DNA of 63,625 nt, filler included, from Octopus bimaculoides (lineage: Eukaryota): NCBI RefSeq assembly GCF_001194135.2. It is 7 parts of 6 records of this genome, joined end to end, with 100 filler letters (N's around TTAATTAATTAA, not from the genome) between each part and the next. Parts side by side here need not be neighbours in the genome. Positions count along the whole stretch, not along the records: positions 1 to 6,561 come from NC_068982.1; positions 6,662 to 26,194 come from NC_068983.1; 5 more parts are not named here. One strand, given 5' to 3'. The first letter of the stretch is position 1. The number at the start of each line of letters is the position of its first letter. Below are positions 1 to 11,203 of this stretch, piece by piece. Both the position numbers and the translations under genes were made by a program. Under the pieces are notes generated by a model. The model searched no databases, was not told the origin of the DNA, and saw only the letters and a program-made list of their open reading frames with translations.

Positions 1-233
1 ACATACATACATACATACATACATACATACATAAATACATACATGCATACATACATACATACATACATACAAACAAAAATACCCTGGTGTTGATGTTGAA
101 ATTCCAATGAAGGAACCTTGGATCTGTGTTAGAATCGGTTCTTTATCTATTGGCAAGAAATCTGGAAATAAACTAAATAATGACATGCATACATACATAC
201 ATACATACATTTATACATACATACATACACATA
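1..233. repeat. (ACAT)n microsatellite tracts (1-70, 184-233)
   Basis: Direct inspection. Confidence 0.95.
71..183 (+). mobile_element. 3' UTR end of an RLE-type non-LTR retrotransposon (copy 0)
   Basis: Aligns with 545-658 and 36555-36671 (GAAATTCCAA..GGATCT..GTTAGAA..ATTGGCA.GAAAT..AATAATGA) and is followed by CATACATAC. Confidence 0.65.
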
Positions 234-658
234 CAGTTGCTCTCCCCAGTTTTCAAGTTCAGATTCTTACTTGCAATTATTGAGGCACTGAGAAATGCAA
301 CAAACTGCCTATGTACCTCTCTTGAAACATTAGGCTTCCCAAAGCCAGACAGGAGAAAGCTAATTGGGAGACTACAGAAAATCTGTAACTGTGAACAATT
401 GTAAAGCTTTCCAGAAGTTGCTCATTTAGGTATATATCTGTATGTTTAGACATACAGTTATGTACATGAGAATACATACATAAAACAAAATATAGCCATC
501 TGTATATATATTGATTCCAAACACTGTACACATACACACATACCTTCAAATAAACACGGTTGACGTTGTTGAAATTCCAAGGAAGAAGACTTGGATCTGG
601 GTTAGAAACCTGCTTTTTCTCAATTGGCACGAAATTTTGGAATAAAACTGAATAATGA
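234..658 (+). mobile_element. 5'-truncated RLE-type (R2/R4/NeSL/Hero-like) non-LTR retrotransposon: ORF C-terminus plus 3' UTR (copy 1)
   Basis: Translation QLLSPVFKFRFLLAIIEALRNATNCLCTSLETLGFPKPDRRKLIGRLQ, then after a frameshift TVNNCKAFQKLLI* (stop 427-429). Resembles the PxIIGALG...LQ..S..GTVKICKTF end of restriction-like-endonuclease LINEs (recalled). Homologous to 36295-36671. Confidence 0.65.
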
Positions 659-936
659 CATACATACATATATAAATATATACATACAAGAGCAGAGTAT
701 ACCAAGTATTTTATATTACTATTAAAAGATCATAAATTATGTAGTTTATTGTGAAAGAGTTTTAAAAACTAACGCTATCATATTCTGCTTTTGGTTATAG
801 ATTCTGTAAATCATTCAAATGTATGTAGCAAAAGAAAATCGGAGAAAAAATTGTTTAATATTTGATAGGATTTACATGAAGTTCTACGTATAGGTTAACA
901 GTTACGAAATGGCAATTTCCAATACATTATAATATA

Positions 937-1891
937 CTAGCAGAGGCACCCGGCGTTGCTCGGGAATGAAATTGTTGCTTATATTACTTGAAGAAAAAAA
1001 GGCAAAATATGATGTATAGAAATTTGAGAGGACATTCAGTAGATGGACTCTCAAATGAATGATGGCTGGGCGCCTCTCATGAATGGGGAAAATTGAAGAT
1101 GTGCCAAAAAGCCTCATTGGTACTTGGAAACATTTACGAAGATTAAAATGGGGATTAAATGAAAAAAATGATCTACGTGAACATCGTCACAAGAGTAATT
1201 GAAATAAATGGCGATTGTGGAACCCCCCACGCATGCACGCACGCACGCACGCGCGCGCACACACGCGCGCGCGCACACACACGTGTGTCTTTGTAAATAT
1301 GTTTGTATACATTTATGTATGTGTGTGTTTGTAAGAGACAGAGTGTGAGTGAGAGAGAGAGGTTTGTTGTCATGTATACGTCCATGCATAAATATACATA
1401 CATCTTTGGATGTATGCATATGACAACACATCCCTTGACTCACTCACACTCTGTCTCTTACAAACACACACATACATAAATGTATACAAACATATTTACA
1501 AAGACACACGTGTGTGTGCGCGCGCGCGTGTGTGNNNNNNNNNNTGCGTGTGTATGTGTGTGAGACAGAGTGAGAGAGCGGTGTGTATGTAGTATTTACT
1601 CTCTCTCTCTCTCATACACACTCACACACACTCACACACAAAATAGAGAGTGAAGCTTTTTTTGGCGTTGTTACGTCAATACCGGAAGTTGACATTGAGG
1701 AACCTGTTTAAAGAAGTGAATCTTAAATATAAAGCAATATTATTTATTTTTAATTAAAAAAATCAAATGAAGAGCCTAAGATTTATCCGAGGTCAAATTA
1801 TTGACGCATCACAAGTATGGAAGCATTTGGTGAAGTTGATTTCACGTGAAAAGCGATTACACACACATCTCTGTTTTATATATAGTATAGA
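937..1891 (-). mobile_element. Non-autonomous Helitron
   Basis: The minus strand starts A|TCTATACTATATATAAAAC (1891) and ends with the hairpin CCCGAGCAACGCCGGG (949-964) followed by CTAG|T (937-940). These are the canonical 5'-TC, 3' hairpin plus CTAG, and AT target with no TSD. Internal microsatellites are present. Confidence 0.8.
1258..1534. repeat. Perfect 96-bp inverted repeat (arms 1258-1353 and 1439-1534)
   Basis: The arms are exact reverse complements; the right arm ends at a 10-N gap. Confidence 0.9.
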
Positions 1892-2114
1892 TATGTGAGT
1901 ATATGTGCGCAGACATATATACAAAAAATGAACTCACACATGTATATATAAATCTATCTATCTATCTATCTAAATCTCTATCTATCTACCTATATATCTA
2001 TCTATTTATCTATCTATATTTATGTATATATTTATAAATGCATATCTATATATTTGTGTGTGTGTGTCTGTATATATATGGGTATGTATGATACAAAATT
2101 ATATATATATATAT

Positions 2115-2195
2115 ATACCGGAGTAAGCACATAAATGTGCAACAAGGTGGGGAAAAGAGTACTCAAATACCAGAGGTAGAGTAATATGCTTTATT
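2115..2195 (+). repeat. Dispersed repeat, possibly a Penelope-like element terminus
   Basis: A similar sequence lies on the minus strand at 63225-63309 (ATACC.GAG..GCACAT...GGTGGG.AAA.AG.ACT..AATACCA.AGGTAGAGTA). The PLE label is from recall only. Confidence 0.5.
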
Positions 2196-2211
2196 GGAAA
2201 GCAAAAGAAAG

Positions 2212-2322
2212 CGATAGACTAAGTACTTGACTTACAACGAATAAGTCCTGGGGTCGATTTGCTCGACTAAACGTGGTGCTCCAGCATGGCCGCAATCAAA
2301 TAACTGAAACAAATAAAAGAAT
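2212..2322 (+). mobile_element. SINE family A, 3' part
   Basis: Matches 14700-14820 (AATAAGTCCTGGGGTCGATTTGCTCGACTAAA..GGTGCTCCAGCATGGCCGCA). Confidence 0.85.
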
Positions 2323-3164
2323 ATGATAATGCACAAATATATATATGTGCCTACACATATAACTGTAGNNNNNNNNNNNNNNNNNNNNNNNNNNNNNNNN
2401 NNNNNNNNNNNNNNNNNNNNNNNNNNNNNNNNNNNNNNNNNNNNNNNNNNNNNNNNNNNNNNNNNNNNNNNNNNNNNNNNNNNNNNNNNNNNNNNNNNNN
2501 NNNNNNNNNNNNNNNNNNNNNNNNNNNNNNNNNNNNNNNNNNNNNNNNNNNNNNNNNNNNNNNNNNNNNNNNNNNNNNNNNNNNNNNNNNNNNNNNNNNN
2601 NNNNNNNNNNNNNNNNNNNNNNNNNNNNNNNNNNNNNNNNNNNNNNNNNNNNNNNNNNNNNNNNNNNNNNNNNNNNNNNNNNNNNNNNNNNNNNNNNNNN
2701 NNNNNNNNNNNNNNNNNNNNNNNNNNNNNNNNNNNNNNNNNNNNNNNNNNNNNNNNNNNNNNNNNNNNNNNNNNNNNNNNNNNNNNNNNNNNNNNNNNNN
2801 NNNNNNNNNNNNNNNNNNNNNNNNNNNNNNNNNNNNNNNNNNNNNNNNNNNNNNNNNNNNNNNNNNNNNNNNNNNNNNNNNNNNNNNNNNNNNNNNNNNN
2901 NNNNNNNNNNNNNNNNNNNNNNNNNNNNNNNNNNNNNNNNNNNNNNNNNNNNNNNNNNNNNNNNNNNNNNNNNNNNNNNNNNNNNNNNNNNNNNNNNNNN
3001 NNNNNNNNNNNNNNNNNNNNNNNNNNNNNNNNNNNNNNNNNNNNNNNNNNNNNNNNATATATATAAATATATATATATACGTATGTATGTATATAAATGT
3101 ATACATGCATATAGACACATACGCAAAACACATACATATTACGTACGTAGACACATAGTCACAC

Positions 3165-3166
3165 TG

Positions 3167-3203
<37 letters not shown>

Positions 3204-3398
3204 GAAGTTTAGGAGGAAGGGTACAGAGGGCGGGCATGAGGTGGATGTAACTCTGTGAAGTGGTAGAGGGGTGGTAACGTTACAACAGGTGTCGTTAAGT
3301 GGACACAGTTTTCAGTCCATGACGCGCATGCAACACAGATACAACACCCGCAAACACACACTCTCTCAATTGCAAGTGCGCATTCACTTACCACATTG

Positions 3399-3461
<63 letters not shown>

Positions 3462-3935
3462 CTCCTACATATTTCCTTCTCTATCTCTCTAGCATCGCGT
3501 TCTCTCTCTCGTTCACTTTCTCTCTCTAGCATCACTGTCTCTATATCTCTTCAGCATTTTTGTATGTATGTATATCTCTCTGTCTGTCTGTCTGGCTGTC
3601 TCTCACTCACGCACTGACTCTCTCTCTCTCTGTCTCATACATTCTCTGTCTCATACATTCTCTGTCTCATACATTCTCATACATTCACACACTGACTCCC
3701 CCCCTCTCTCTCTCTCTCTCTCTCACTCACTCACTCACGCACGCACTGACTCTCTCCCTCTCCCTCCTTGTATTCATCATATCATTTTCTTCGCAACTAT
3801 TTCTCTCACCCTAGTTTTGTTCCCTTTACTCTCTTTCTCTTTCATATCACCCTTTCACCATTGTCTCCCTCTCCCCATCTCTCTCCTCCTCACGCACACA
3901 CAACACAACACACACAAACACTCTCTCTCACACGC
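3165..3935. repeat. Compound (CA)n, (CT)n and (CTAT)n low-complexity tract
   Basis: Direct inspection; it generates the spurious LSLSLS ORFs. Confidence 0.9.
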
Positions 3936-4516
3936 ACACAGTTATTTCACAAACTTTAAACCGAATTTATCCGGAAACACCCGAAGTATTCCTTTCCTCC
4001 ATTTCTGACCAGACGCCACCTTTCCGAACGTATTATAGTTCAACAAATTGTTTAAACATATCAACACTGATGGATATCCACTCTGTTCACAAAGATGTCT
4101 TGAGTCAGCACTAAAGGTAAAATATATTAAATTCACTGAAAATCATTCATTTCCTCTTCATTTCTTATAAAACTTTACGTAACCCACTATTTTTGTCTTT
4201 CTCAAGTGTAAATAAATCGTTATTGTTTAAGTTCTTATCAGCGACTGATGCTTTCGTGAATTTGCCGGTCAAACTATACACTGAAGATAAAGTACCTTCT
4301 TAAACCCATTGAAATGTATTATGCTAAGTTCAATGAGGCCTTTTAAAAGGTCTGTTGTCACTCTTTCTTGATTTTTTTTTTCTATATTAGCTTTCATTCA
4401 ATGTTTTACTAAATGTAGACTAAAGGACAGGGCCAATCAATAACAATGGCGACTACAAAAGAATGAATTAATAAAATATATACTTACATAAACATACATC
4501 CACACACACACACACA

Positions 4517-4564
<48 letters not shown>

Positions 4565-6371
4565 CATATATGTGTGTGTGTTTGTGTGTGTGTGCGTGTG
4601 TGTGTGTGTGCGTGTGTGCATATATATTTATATATGTTCATGTTTATGCATATATATATATATATATACANNNNNNNNNNNNNNNNNNNNNNNNNNNNNN
4701 NNNNNNNNNNNNNNNNNNNNNNNNNNNNNNNNNNNNNNNNNNNNNNNNNNNNNNNNNNNNNNNNNNNNNNNNNNNNNNNNNNNNNNNNNNNNNNNNNNNN
4801 NNNNNNNNNNNNNNNNNNNNNNNNNNNNNNNNNNNNNNNNNNNNNNNNNNNNNNNNNNNNNNNNNNNNNNNNNNNNNNNNNNNNNNNNNNNNNNNNNNNN
4901 NNNNNNNNNNNNNNNNNNNNNNNNNNNNNNNNNNNNNNNNNNNNNNNNNNNNNNNNNNNNNNNNNNNNNNNNNNNNNNNNNNNNNNNNNNNNNNNNNNNN
5001 NNNNNNNNNNNNNNNNNNNNNNNNNNNNNNNNNNNNNNNNNNNNNNNNNNNNNNNNNNNNNNNNNNNNNNNNNNNNNNNNNNNNNNNNNNNNNNNNNNNN
5101 NNNNNNNNNNNNNNNNNNNNNNNNNNNNNNNNNNNNNNNNNNNNNNNNNNNNNNNNNNNNNNNNNNNNNNNNNNNNNNNNNNNNNNNNNNNNNNNNNNNN
5201 NNNNNNNNNNNNNNNNNNNNNNNNNNNNNNNNNNNNNNNNNNNNNNNNNNNNNNNNNNNNNNNNNNNNNNNNNNNNNNNNNNNNNNNNNNNNNNNNNNNN
5301 NNNNNNNNNNNNNNNNNNNNNNNNNNNNNNNNNNNNNNNNNNNNNNNNNNNNNNNNNNNNNCATATATATATATATATATTACAATGCATCGAAACCACA
5401 TCTTTCTATCTAGACAAGGTTTCTATACTGTATTGCATATCTCAAAGTTGATTATTCTCAAAGATATTCTCATATCAATCTTCCATTATCACTGATGATG
5501 GTGATAGCGACCACGGCGTATACAAAGAAATGGAACTGAAGACGATAATAACTTATTTGATGACGACGCTGGTAATGAGAGCGATGTTGATGAAGATGAT
5601 ATATGTCACGTTGATTCAGTTGAATAGGAATACTAACGTTGCTTGCAGATTCCCTAGAGTGATGCAAGTACGGCTGGTAATTTCCAAGGTATTCGTTACA
5701 GAGAATTTGATATGAGGCGATTTAATACTCATTGGCTCCTTGCATAATTGACACTATTGTGTGATTTTAGCATCCGCTACATTATATTTTTTCTAGGTCA
5801 GAAAATGTGATAAAAGTCAACGAAAGAAAATCGCTGAAATCATATCAGCAAACAGTTTATCGATCGATGAATATTTTTGCAGTTTACTATACATTTAGTG
5901 AGACACACATAGTGACTGGGTAACCTTCTAACTTCATTGGACATGTCTTAATATACTTCATAAATCAGCTGCTGTCTCTCTGCCAAAAAATTCAAATAAG
6001 AAAAAAAACTAATTCTATTTCCTCTTGCAAGACGTGCCTCAAAGATGTATGGTGTGTATTTGATCCAATTTCCCACACCGTAATTAATAGTCTCCATGAC
6101 GATGGCAGAATACAGAGTAATTTTGATTTACATTATACAGTCAGGGACAGGAGACTCTTTTGCAATACATAGAAGAACGAACAAATTCATTAAGCAGTTT
6201 TGGACCGTGAGCGCCAGAGAGAGTAAAAGTGTCAGTATTTTACAGATGATAGAACAATGTACACCATTTTCAGTTTCTATTGAATAACAAATGATCGTGA
6301 TGTTTTCTGTTTTTTCCACTCCAAAAGTGTGCGCATGCGTTTGTATGTGTATGTATATATAATGGTAGCAG

Positions 6372-6470
6372 CTGATGAAGGAAATGTTCTCTATGTGGCC
6401 TGTGCGTATTCTGTACCCTGTTTATCATTTCGTCCATGTTTTTTTGCAACGTCATGTACCCAGATATGCA
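6372..6470 (+). repeat. Dispersed repeat beginning CTGATGAAG and ending GTACCCA.ATATGC
   Basis: A related copy lies at 21229-21323; both are followed by TA-rich tracts. Confidence 0.55.
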
Positions 6471-6605
6471 TCTATATACACATGTAGATGAAGGTATGTA
6501 CACACATGTACATATATATGTATATGCTCACATATCATATATATATATATATATATATATANNNNNNNNNNNNNNNNNNNNNNNNNNNNNNNNNNNNNNN
6601 NNNNN

Positions 6606-6617
6606 TTAATTAATTAA
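6606..6617. other. Artificial scaffold-gap marker TTAATTAATTAA (also 26239, 29927, 50956, 58868, 61593)
   Basis: Each of the six copies is flanked by exactly 44 N on both sides, 100 bp in total. Confidence 0.95.
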
Positions 6618-6675
6618 NNNNNNNNNNNNNNNNNNNNNNNNNNNNNNNNNNNNNNNNNNNNTATATATATATATA

Positions 6676-7018
6676 AAGAGTAAAAACCGCCTTCGGTCAT
6701 GAATGACCATGGGGTTGCACCTAGAAATTTACCCCACCCTCATAAGTCCACGCAAGGTTGTTTATGGAAGACCAGCAGTCACCCATGCATACCAGCCTCC
6801 CCTCTCCACGCCACCGATGTTATCCAAGGGAAAGACAAAGGACGATACAGCTTGGCACCATTAAACACTGCAAATCATTTCTACAGCTGAGTGAACTGAA
6901 ACAACGTAAAATAAAGTGTTTTTCTCAAGAACATAACACACAGCCCGGTCCGGGAATCGAACTCACTACCTCACGATTGTGAGCCTGACGCTGTAACCAC
7001 TGAGCCATACGCCTTCAC
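6676..7018 (-). mobile_element. tRNA-derived SINE family D, near full length
   Basis: Minus strand A box TGGCTCAGTGG (6997-7007) and B box GAGTTCGATTCC (6953-6964), followed by an unrelated body and tail. Confidence 0.85.
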
Positions 7019-7351
7019 ATACACACAGACACACGCACACACACACGCACGCACGCACACACACGCACACGCACATGCACATATATATCTGTGTGTGTTT
7101 GCGCATGTGCATGTGTGTGTATATATTCAACAGTAGTGTGCGAGTGCGTGTGAGTGAGATTCTTGTCTTCTAACATCGTTTCGTCTTTTGTTTTATTCTT
7201 TTTCTCATTTTCTCGGGCTTACTCCTGTCTGTCTTCATCTAATCCTACCCAACACAATTATGCCTTTTACTTTCCCCAGCTGTTCAGAAGCTTCCTCTCT
7301 GTTTCCCTTCCATCTACCTTTATACTTTAGCGTCACAAAATAGAAATATCC

Positions 7352-7354
<3 letters not shown>

Positions 7355-7433
<79 letters not shown>

Positions 7434-7450
7434 ACACACATACACACACC
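7355..7450. repeat. (CA)n microsatellite
   Basis: Direct inspection. Confidence 0.95.
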
Positions 7451-7889
7451 ACCGATTTTCCAGTGTCCTTCCCTCCAAAACCTTGACCGTTTTGTCGGTC
7501 CGTTCGTGCTTACGTAATAATAATTCATCATCACACATCCTACTCACTTACTATATGCCTGACATTCATCTCAAGTTTCATGAGCTGATGGGAACTTAAA
7601 TTCAACAAATACATGGTATTAAATATAAATTTAATAAATGAAATATAGGTAGCAGTGGATTACATTAGTACATTTATACATATTTTAATTACTGTAGTTA
7701 GAAAGAATGCTGTATCATTAGTGTTTCCAAAGTAGCAAATCATGGAATTTTAATGGCTTTAATCACGAAGGTATGGAAGTTGAGCATGAAGATTACTGTC
7801 TGTTTCGTAGTTGATCGTTTCATCTTGTATTTCGGATATTCAAGTAGGACATCTGGGATGCTTGAAGCTGAAGCTACAGTGTAGACATT

Positions 7890-8440
7890 CTGTTTGGCTA
7901 TCTTTTCAAAAATTTCATGTAAGCGAAGTTGTGGCTTGTATTTTCCCCTGTGTAACTTTCAAGCATCGATGGAAGATTCATTAGTTCTTGTTGCGTGACG
8001 AAGGTACACTGCTCTAGACATTTGATAACTTTACTTGTTAATGCAAAGTTTTTCAGCGACATCCGCTTCCTCATTAATTTCTGTGCTTTTATCAACATTC
8101 AGAACAATATCCATAATTTCAGAGTCTGAAAGATGGCACACAACCAATGTTTCTTCGTCGACTTCATCCATTTGGTTAAATTTTTTTCATGAATTTCATT
8201 GGCAATAGTTCCTAAGGCACTTCTTGTATAGGCAAGAAACTCATGAACAACTCTTTTCCTCCTTTGATCAATGAAATCTTGTAAAATCATTATCAACATT
8301 TTCACCAGGTCAAACGCTTAGATCACAACTTATGCCAATCTTTCTTTAGTTTTGATGCTTCCACCTTCTCCCATTCTTTAGCAGGGAACCAAAAACCATC
8401 TTTCCTTTTAAATTCTTAAATAACTATCGGTACAGACTTG
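7890..8440 (-). pseudogene. pogo/Tigger (Jerky/TIGD-like) transposase C-terminal relic
   Basis: Frameshifted translations AKEWEKVEASKLKKDWHKL*, MDEVDEETLVVCHLSDSEIMDIVLN, IKCLEQCTFVTQQELMNL and QLRLHEIFEK resemble Tigger/Jerky C-termini (recalled). Confidence 0.6.
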
Positions 8441-8514
8441 CTAGCATTCACCACCTCTAGCATACATTTCATGAAAAGTAAAGCGATTATTTAACCTTTA
8501 GAGAGTGCAGTGCT

Positions 8515-8606
8515 CCTTGGTCTTGTGGTTGGATAAGTGATGCGTTCCTTGGACTTAGGGTTGGATAAGTGATGTTTTCCATGGTCTAGGGGTTGGATAA
8601 GTGATG
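8515..8606. repeat. Three copies of a 32-bp unit with invariant core GGTTGGATAAGTGATG
   Basis: Core at 8527, 8559 and 8591. Confidence 0.9.
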
Positions 8607-9953
8607 TACGGTTCTTACATTACTTATGAGGAAAAAAGTGAGATTAGTAAAATAGGTTTCGAATCCTAGAAATATTTGGCCTAAGGATTCAAGCAAGTTT
8701 CAAAACGCAGCGACATCCCTTTTGTACCAAATAGACTTTTCGACATCAGTTTTACTTTATTGTTGAAGTATTGTGCTTCGAATACTATAACGACATTATA
8801 CAGACAAGTTAATAAAATCACTTTAATTCAGATTGAAAGTGTAGCTGATTTATTTGGTTATTTTACTGTTAACAGATGCTCAATAAACTTTCAAAAGAAA
8901 AAAAAAGGATGAGAGAAAGAAAGAAAAGAACGTCGTGAGATTCGAAGAGCTTAAATTTTAGCAGGTTACATTTTATTATTCTTTCTGTTTAAAAGTGGTA
9001 GCAAATACTGTTGAATAAGAGTTAAACTTTTGGAGATCCCAATCTTGGTCCGATTGTAATCAATTCTTTTTTCCTTATGTCTAGACTTCCTTTAATTTGT
9101 TCGTTTATTTATTCAACTTTATTCTTGCGTTAAGTAATTAAATATTTACTGTCTACTTACGTATTTCCACTTTTAAAAGCAATATCGTAAGATGAATGAA
9201 ATTTCATCCACCATATTAATCTAGAAACACTTACAGACGCACACGTGTGTATAATATACATACATATATATATGTGTGTGTGTGTATATATATGACGGTA
9301 TACACACACACACACGCGCACACACGCACATACACATGTATGTACGTATGTATAGCCTCATACATTTTTATAATTATCTCTTAATTGTTTTTAATCATTA
9401 AAAATATATCATATCAGTTACACACCTTCCAAGTTGGGATAGTTTTCGTTCAAAGCTATTGAAAAAGCTGAAATAGAATTCAAGTGGTTTCTGTCTTAAT
9501 TACAAAATTTTGGCGTGGTGACTCTAAGGGTTTCTAAATTGTAGTTTTATTATATCTCTTTATAGAACTTATTCCGAAAGGAAGTGCTCTTGATCGAAGT
9601 ACTGCACTAAGCTTTGAAAGTATATACTTAATGATAGTCCTAATGTTCAAATGATGCTCTCCCTAAGCATAACTTTATTCAATATCCAAGTTCACATTAC
9701 TGTTATATAATTTTAGAAATATTGCTAAGTATATGATAGACGGAAACTTTATAAATACCAATTTTTTTATACAGTTCGTGAACTAGAATAATCGATTCGC
9801 TGAGAAATTATTTTAGCGTGTTCGAATGCAAGCCAGACTGGCGACCTCCGTTCATCTTTTGTTCAGAAGCAGTAGGCATAATAAATATATAAAAAAAAGA
9901 AATGGAATTATTTTATCAGAACACAAGCTCTGTACCTGATTTAGCAGTAGATG

Positions 9954-10556
9954 CTATTCTACGGGGCTGGAGATCAAGGAGGTATGTTTGTCCCATATAC
10001 CATCTAGCTCCTCTTGGTTTACCGAGGTAGGATCGAGGAGTGGGAGACTATCCAATTTGATGCCTAGCCGATCTTGAAAGAGGCCACGATTCTCAGGATC
10101 ATACAGTTTCGTGGTGTTCAATCGTTTTGATGATATCGACTTTCGGCTAGGGGGTCGAATGTTGATTCTAAGCTTGGAGCGGATAAGGTTGTGGTCTGTC
10201 CAGCAATCTGCTCCACGCATTGCACGAGTATGGAGGACATCGCCCATGTCTTGACGACGGACAATGATATATTCTAGGAGATGTCACTTTTGGGAACGCG
10301 GGTGTATCCATGACGTCTTGTAAATGTCCTGCTGTTGAAAGAGGGTGTTAGTTGTGCACAGGTCATATTCGGAGCAGAAGTTGAGTAGTCTCTGTCCATT
10401 AGCGTTCATTTTCCCTGTGCCGTGAGGACCGAAGATCCCTTCCTAGGCGGTATTGTCACACCCAACACGGGAGTTGAAGTCACCCATGAGTACGATTTTA
10501 TCTGATCGGGAGATGTTCCGAAACGCAGTCTGCAGAGAATTATAGAATGCGTCCAT
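9954..10556 (-). pseudogene. RTE-clade LINE fragment, apurinic-like endonuclease C-terminal half
   Basis: One frame reads DAFYNSLQTAFRNISRSDKIVLMGDFNSRVGCDNTA*EGIFGPHGTGKMNANGQRLLNFCSEYDLCTTNTLF...SWIHPRSQK*HLLEYIIVRRQDMGDVLHTRAMRGADCWTDHNLIRSKL. It has the GDFN (10473-10484) and TDH motifs, with stops at 10445 and 10286. Confidence 0.9.
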
Positions 10557-10777
10557 AAACGCTGAGAATTGTCAGAAAACGTTTGTTCGAAAGTGATTTT
10601 ACACGTACTTATACTCTTAATGCACAAAGTTAAACCAGCAAAATAGAGTTGGTACAATCCATCTGGATTTTTTCATTCAATTTCTGTCCGCCCAATTTCA
10701 CTTAACATGTGAATCGAGGTTGATGTAGAGAACACACCACTAGGTGTCGCACTATGGATTTGAACAAAGAACCCAAT

Positions 10778-10812
10778 GTAGATAGATAAATAGATAGATA
10801 GATAGATAGGAT

Positions 10813-10859
<47 letters not shown>

Positions 10860-10870
10860 TGATAGATATA
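10778..10870. repeat. (TAGA)n microsatellite
   Basis: Direct inspection. Confidence 0.95.
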
Positions 10871-11170
10871 CATGTGCATATAAATGTATGTATATAAATC
10901 TTGGGATTTAAACTCTTCAAAGCATTCATTTCTCTCTTTGCGTTATATAAATATATACATATCAAAATTTGAGCGGATACCAGTTTTTCATCTATTCATC
11001 CTTTTATTCTATTATACATACAACACATCCATACACACACATACACGCGCGCACACACACACACACATATTGAAGGAATGTATAATAGAATAAAGGGACA
11101 ATCCGATGATGGTTTAGCTAACCGAAACTTCGAAGTCATTGTCAATACTATTTTTGTTAAATAATAATAA

Positions 11171-11203
<33 letters not shown>

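Noticed and set aside
2232-5495. Long ORFs (250-360 aa) spanning N runs, here and at 12.5-13.7, 15.1-16.4, 31.5-32.2, 37.7-38.5 and 54.8-55.8 kb
   Set aside because: They consist of X residues plus translations of (TA)n, (CA)n or (GA)n; artefacts of gaps.
5380-6230. Acidic stretch (GTEDDNNLFDDDAGNESDVDEDD) and CKTC..VWC motif suggestive of a piggyBac relic
   Set aside because: No catalytic motifs or clear TTAA-flanked TIRs; too degenerate to support.
8515-8606. Regularly spaced 16-nt repeats resembling a mini CRISPR array (also 20825-20900)
   Set aside because: Eukaryotic context, spacers are similar to each other, only three units, and no cas genes.
10284-10445. Premature stops at conserved Trp codons (TGG to TGA/TAG) in the RTE relic, also in the mariner and Tigger relics, suggesting deaminase editing
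   Set aside because: Trp codons are one transition from a stop, so neutral decay explains this; no count of G-to-A excess was possible.
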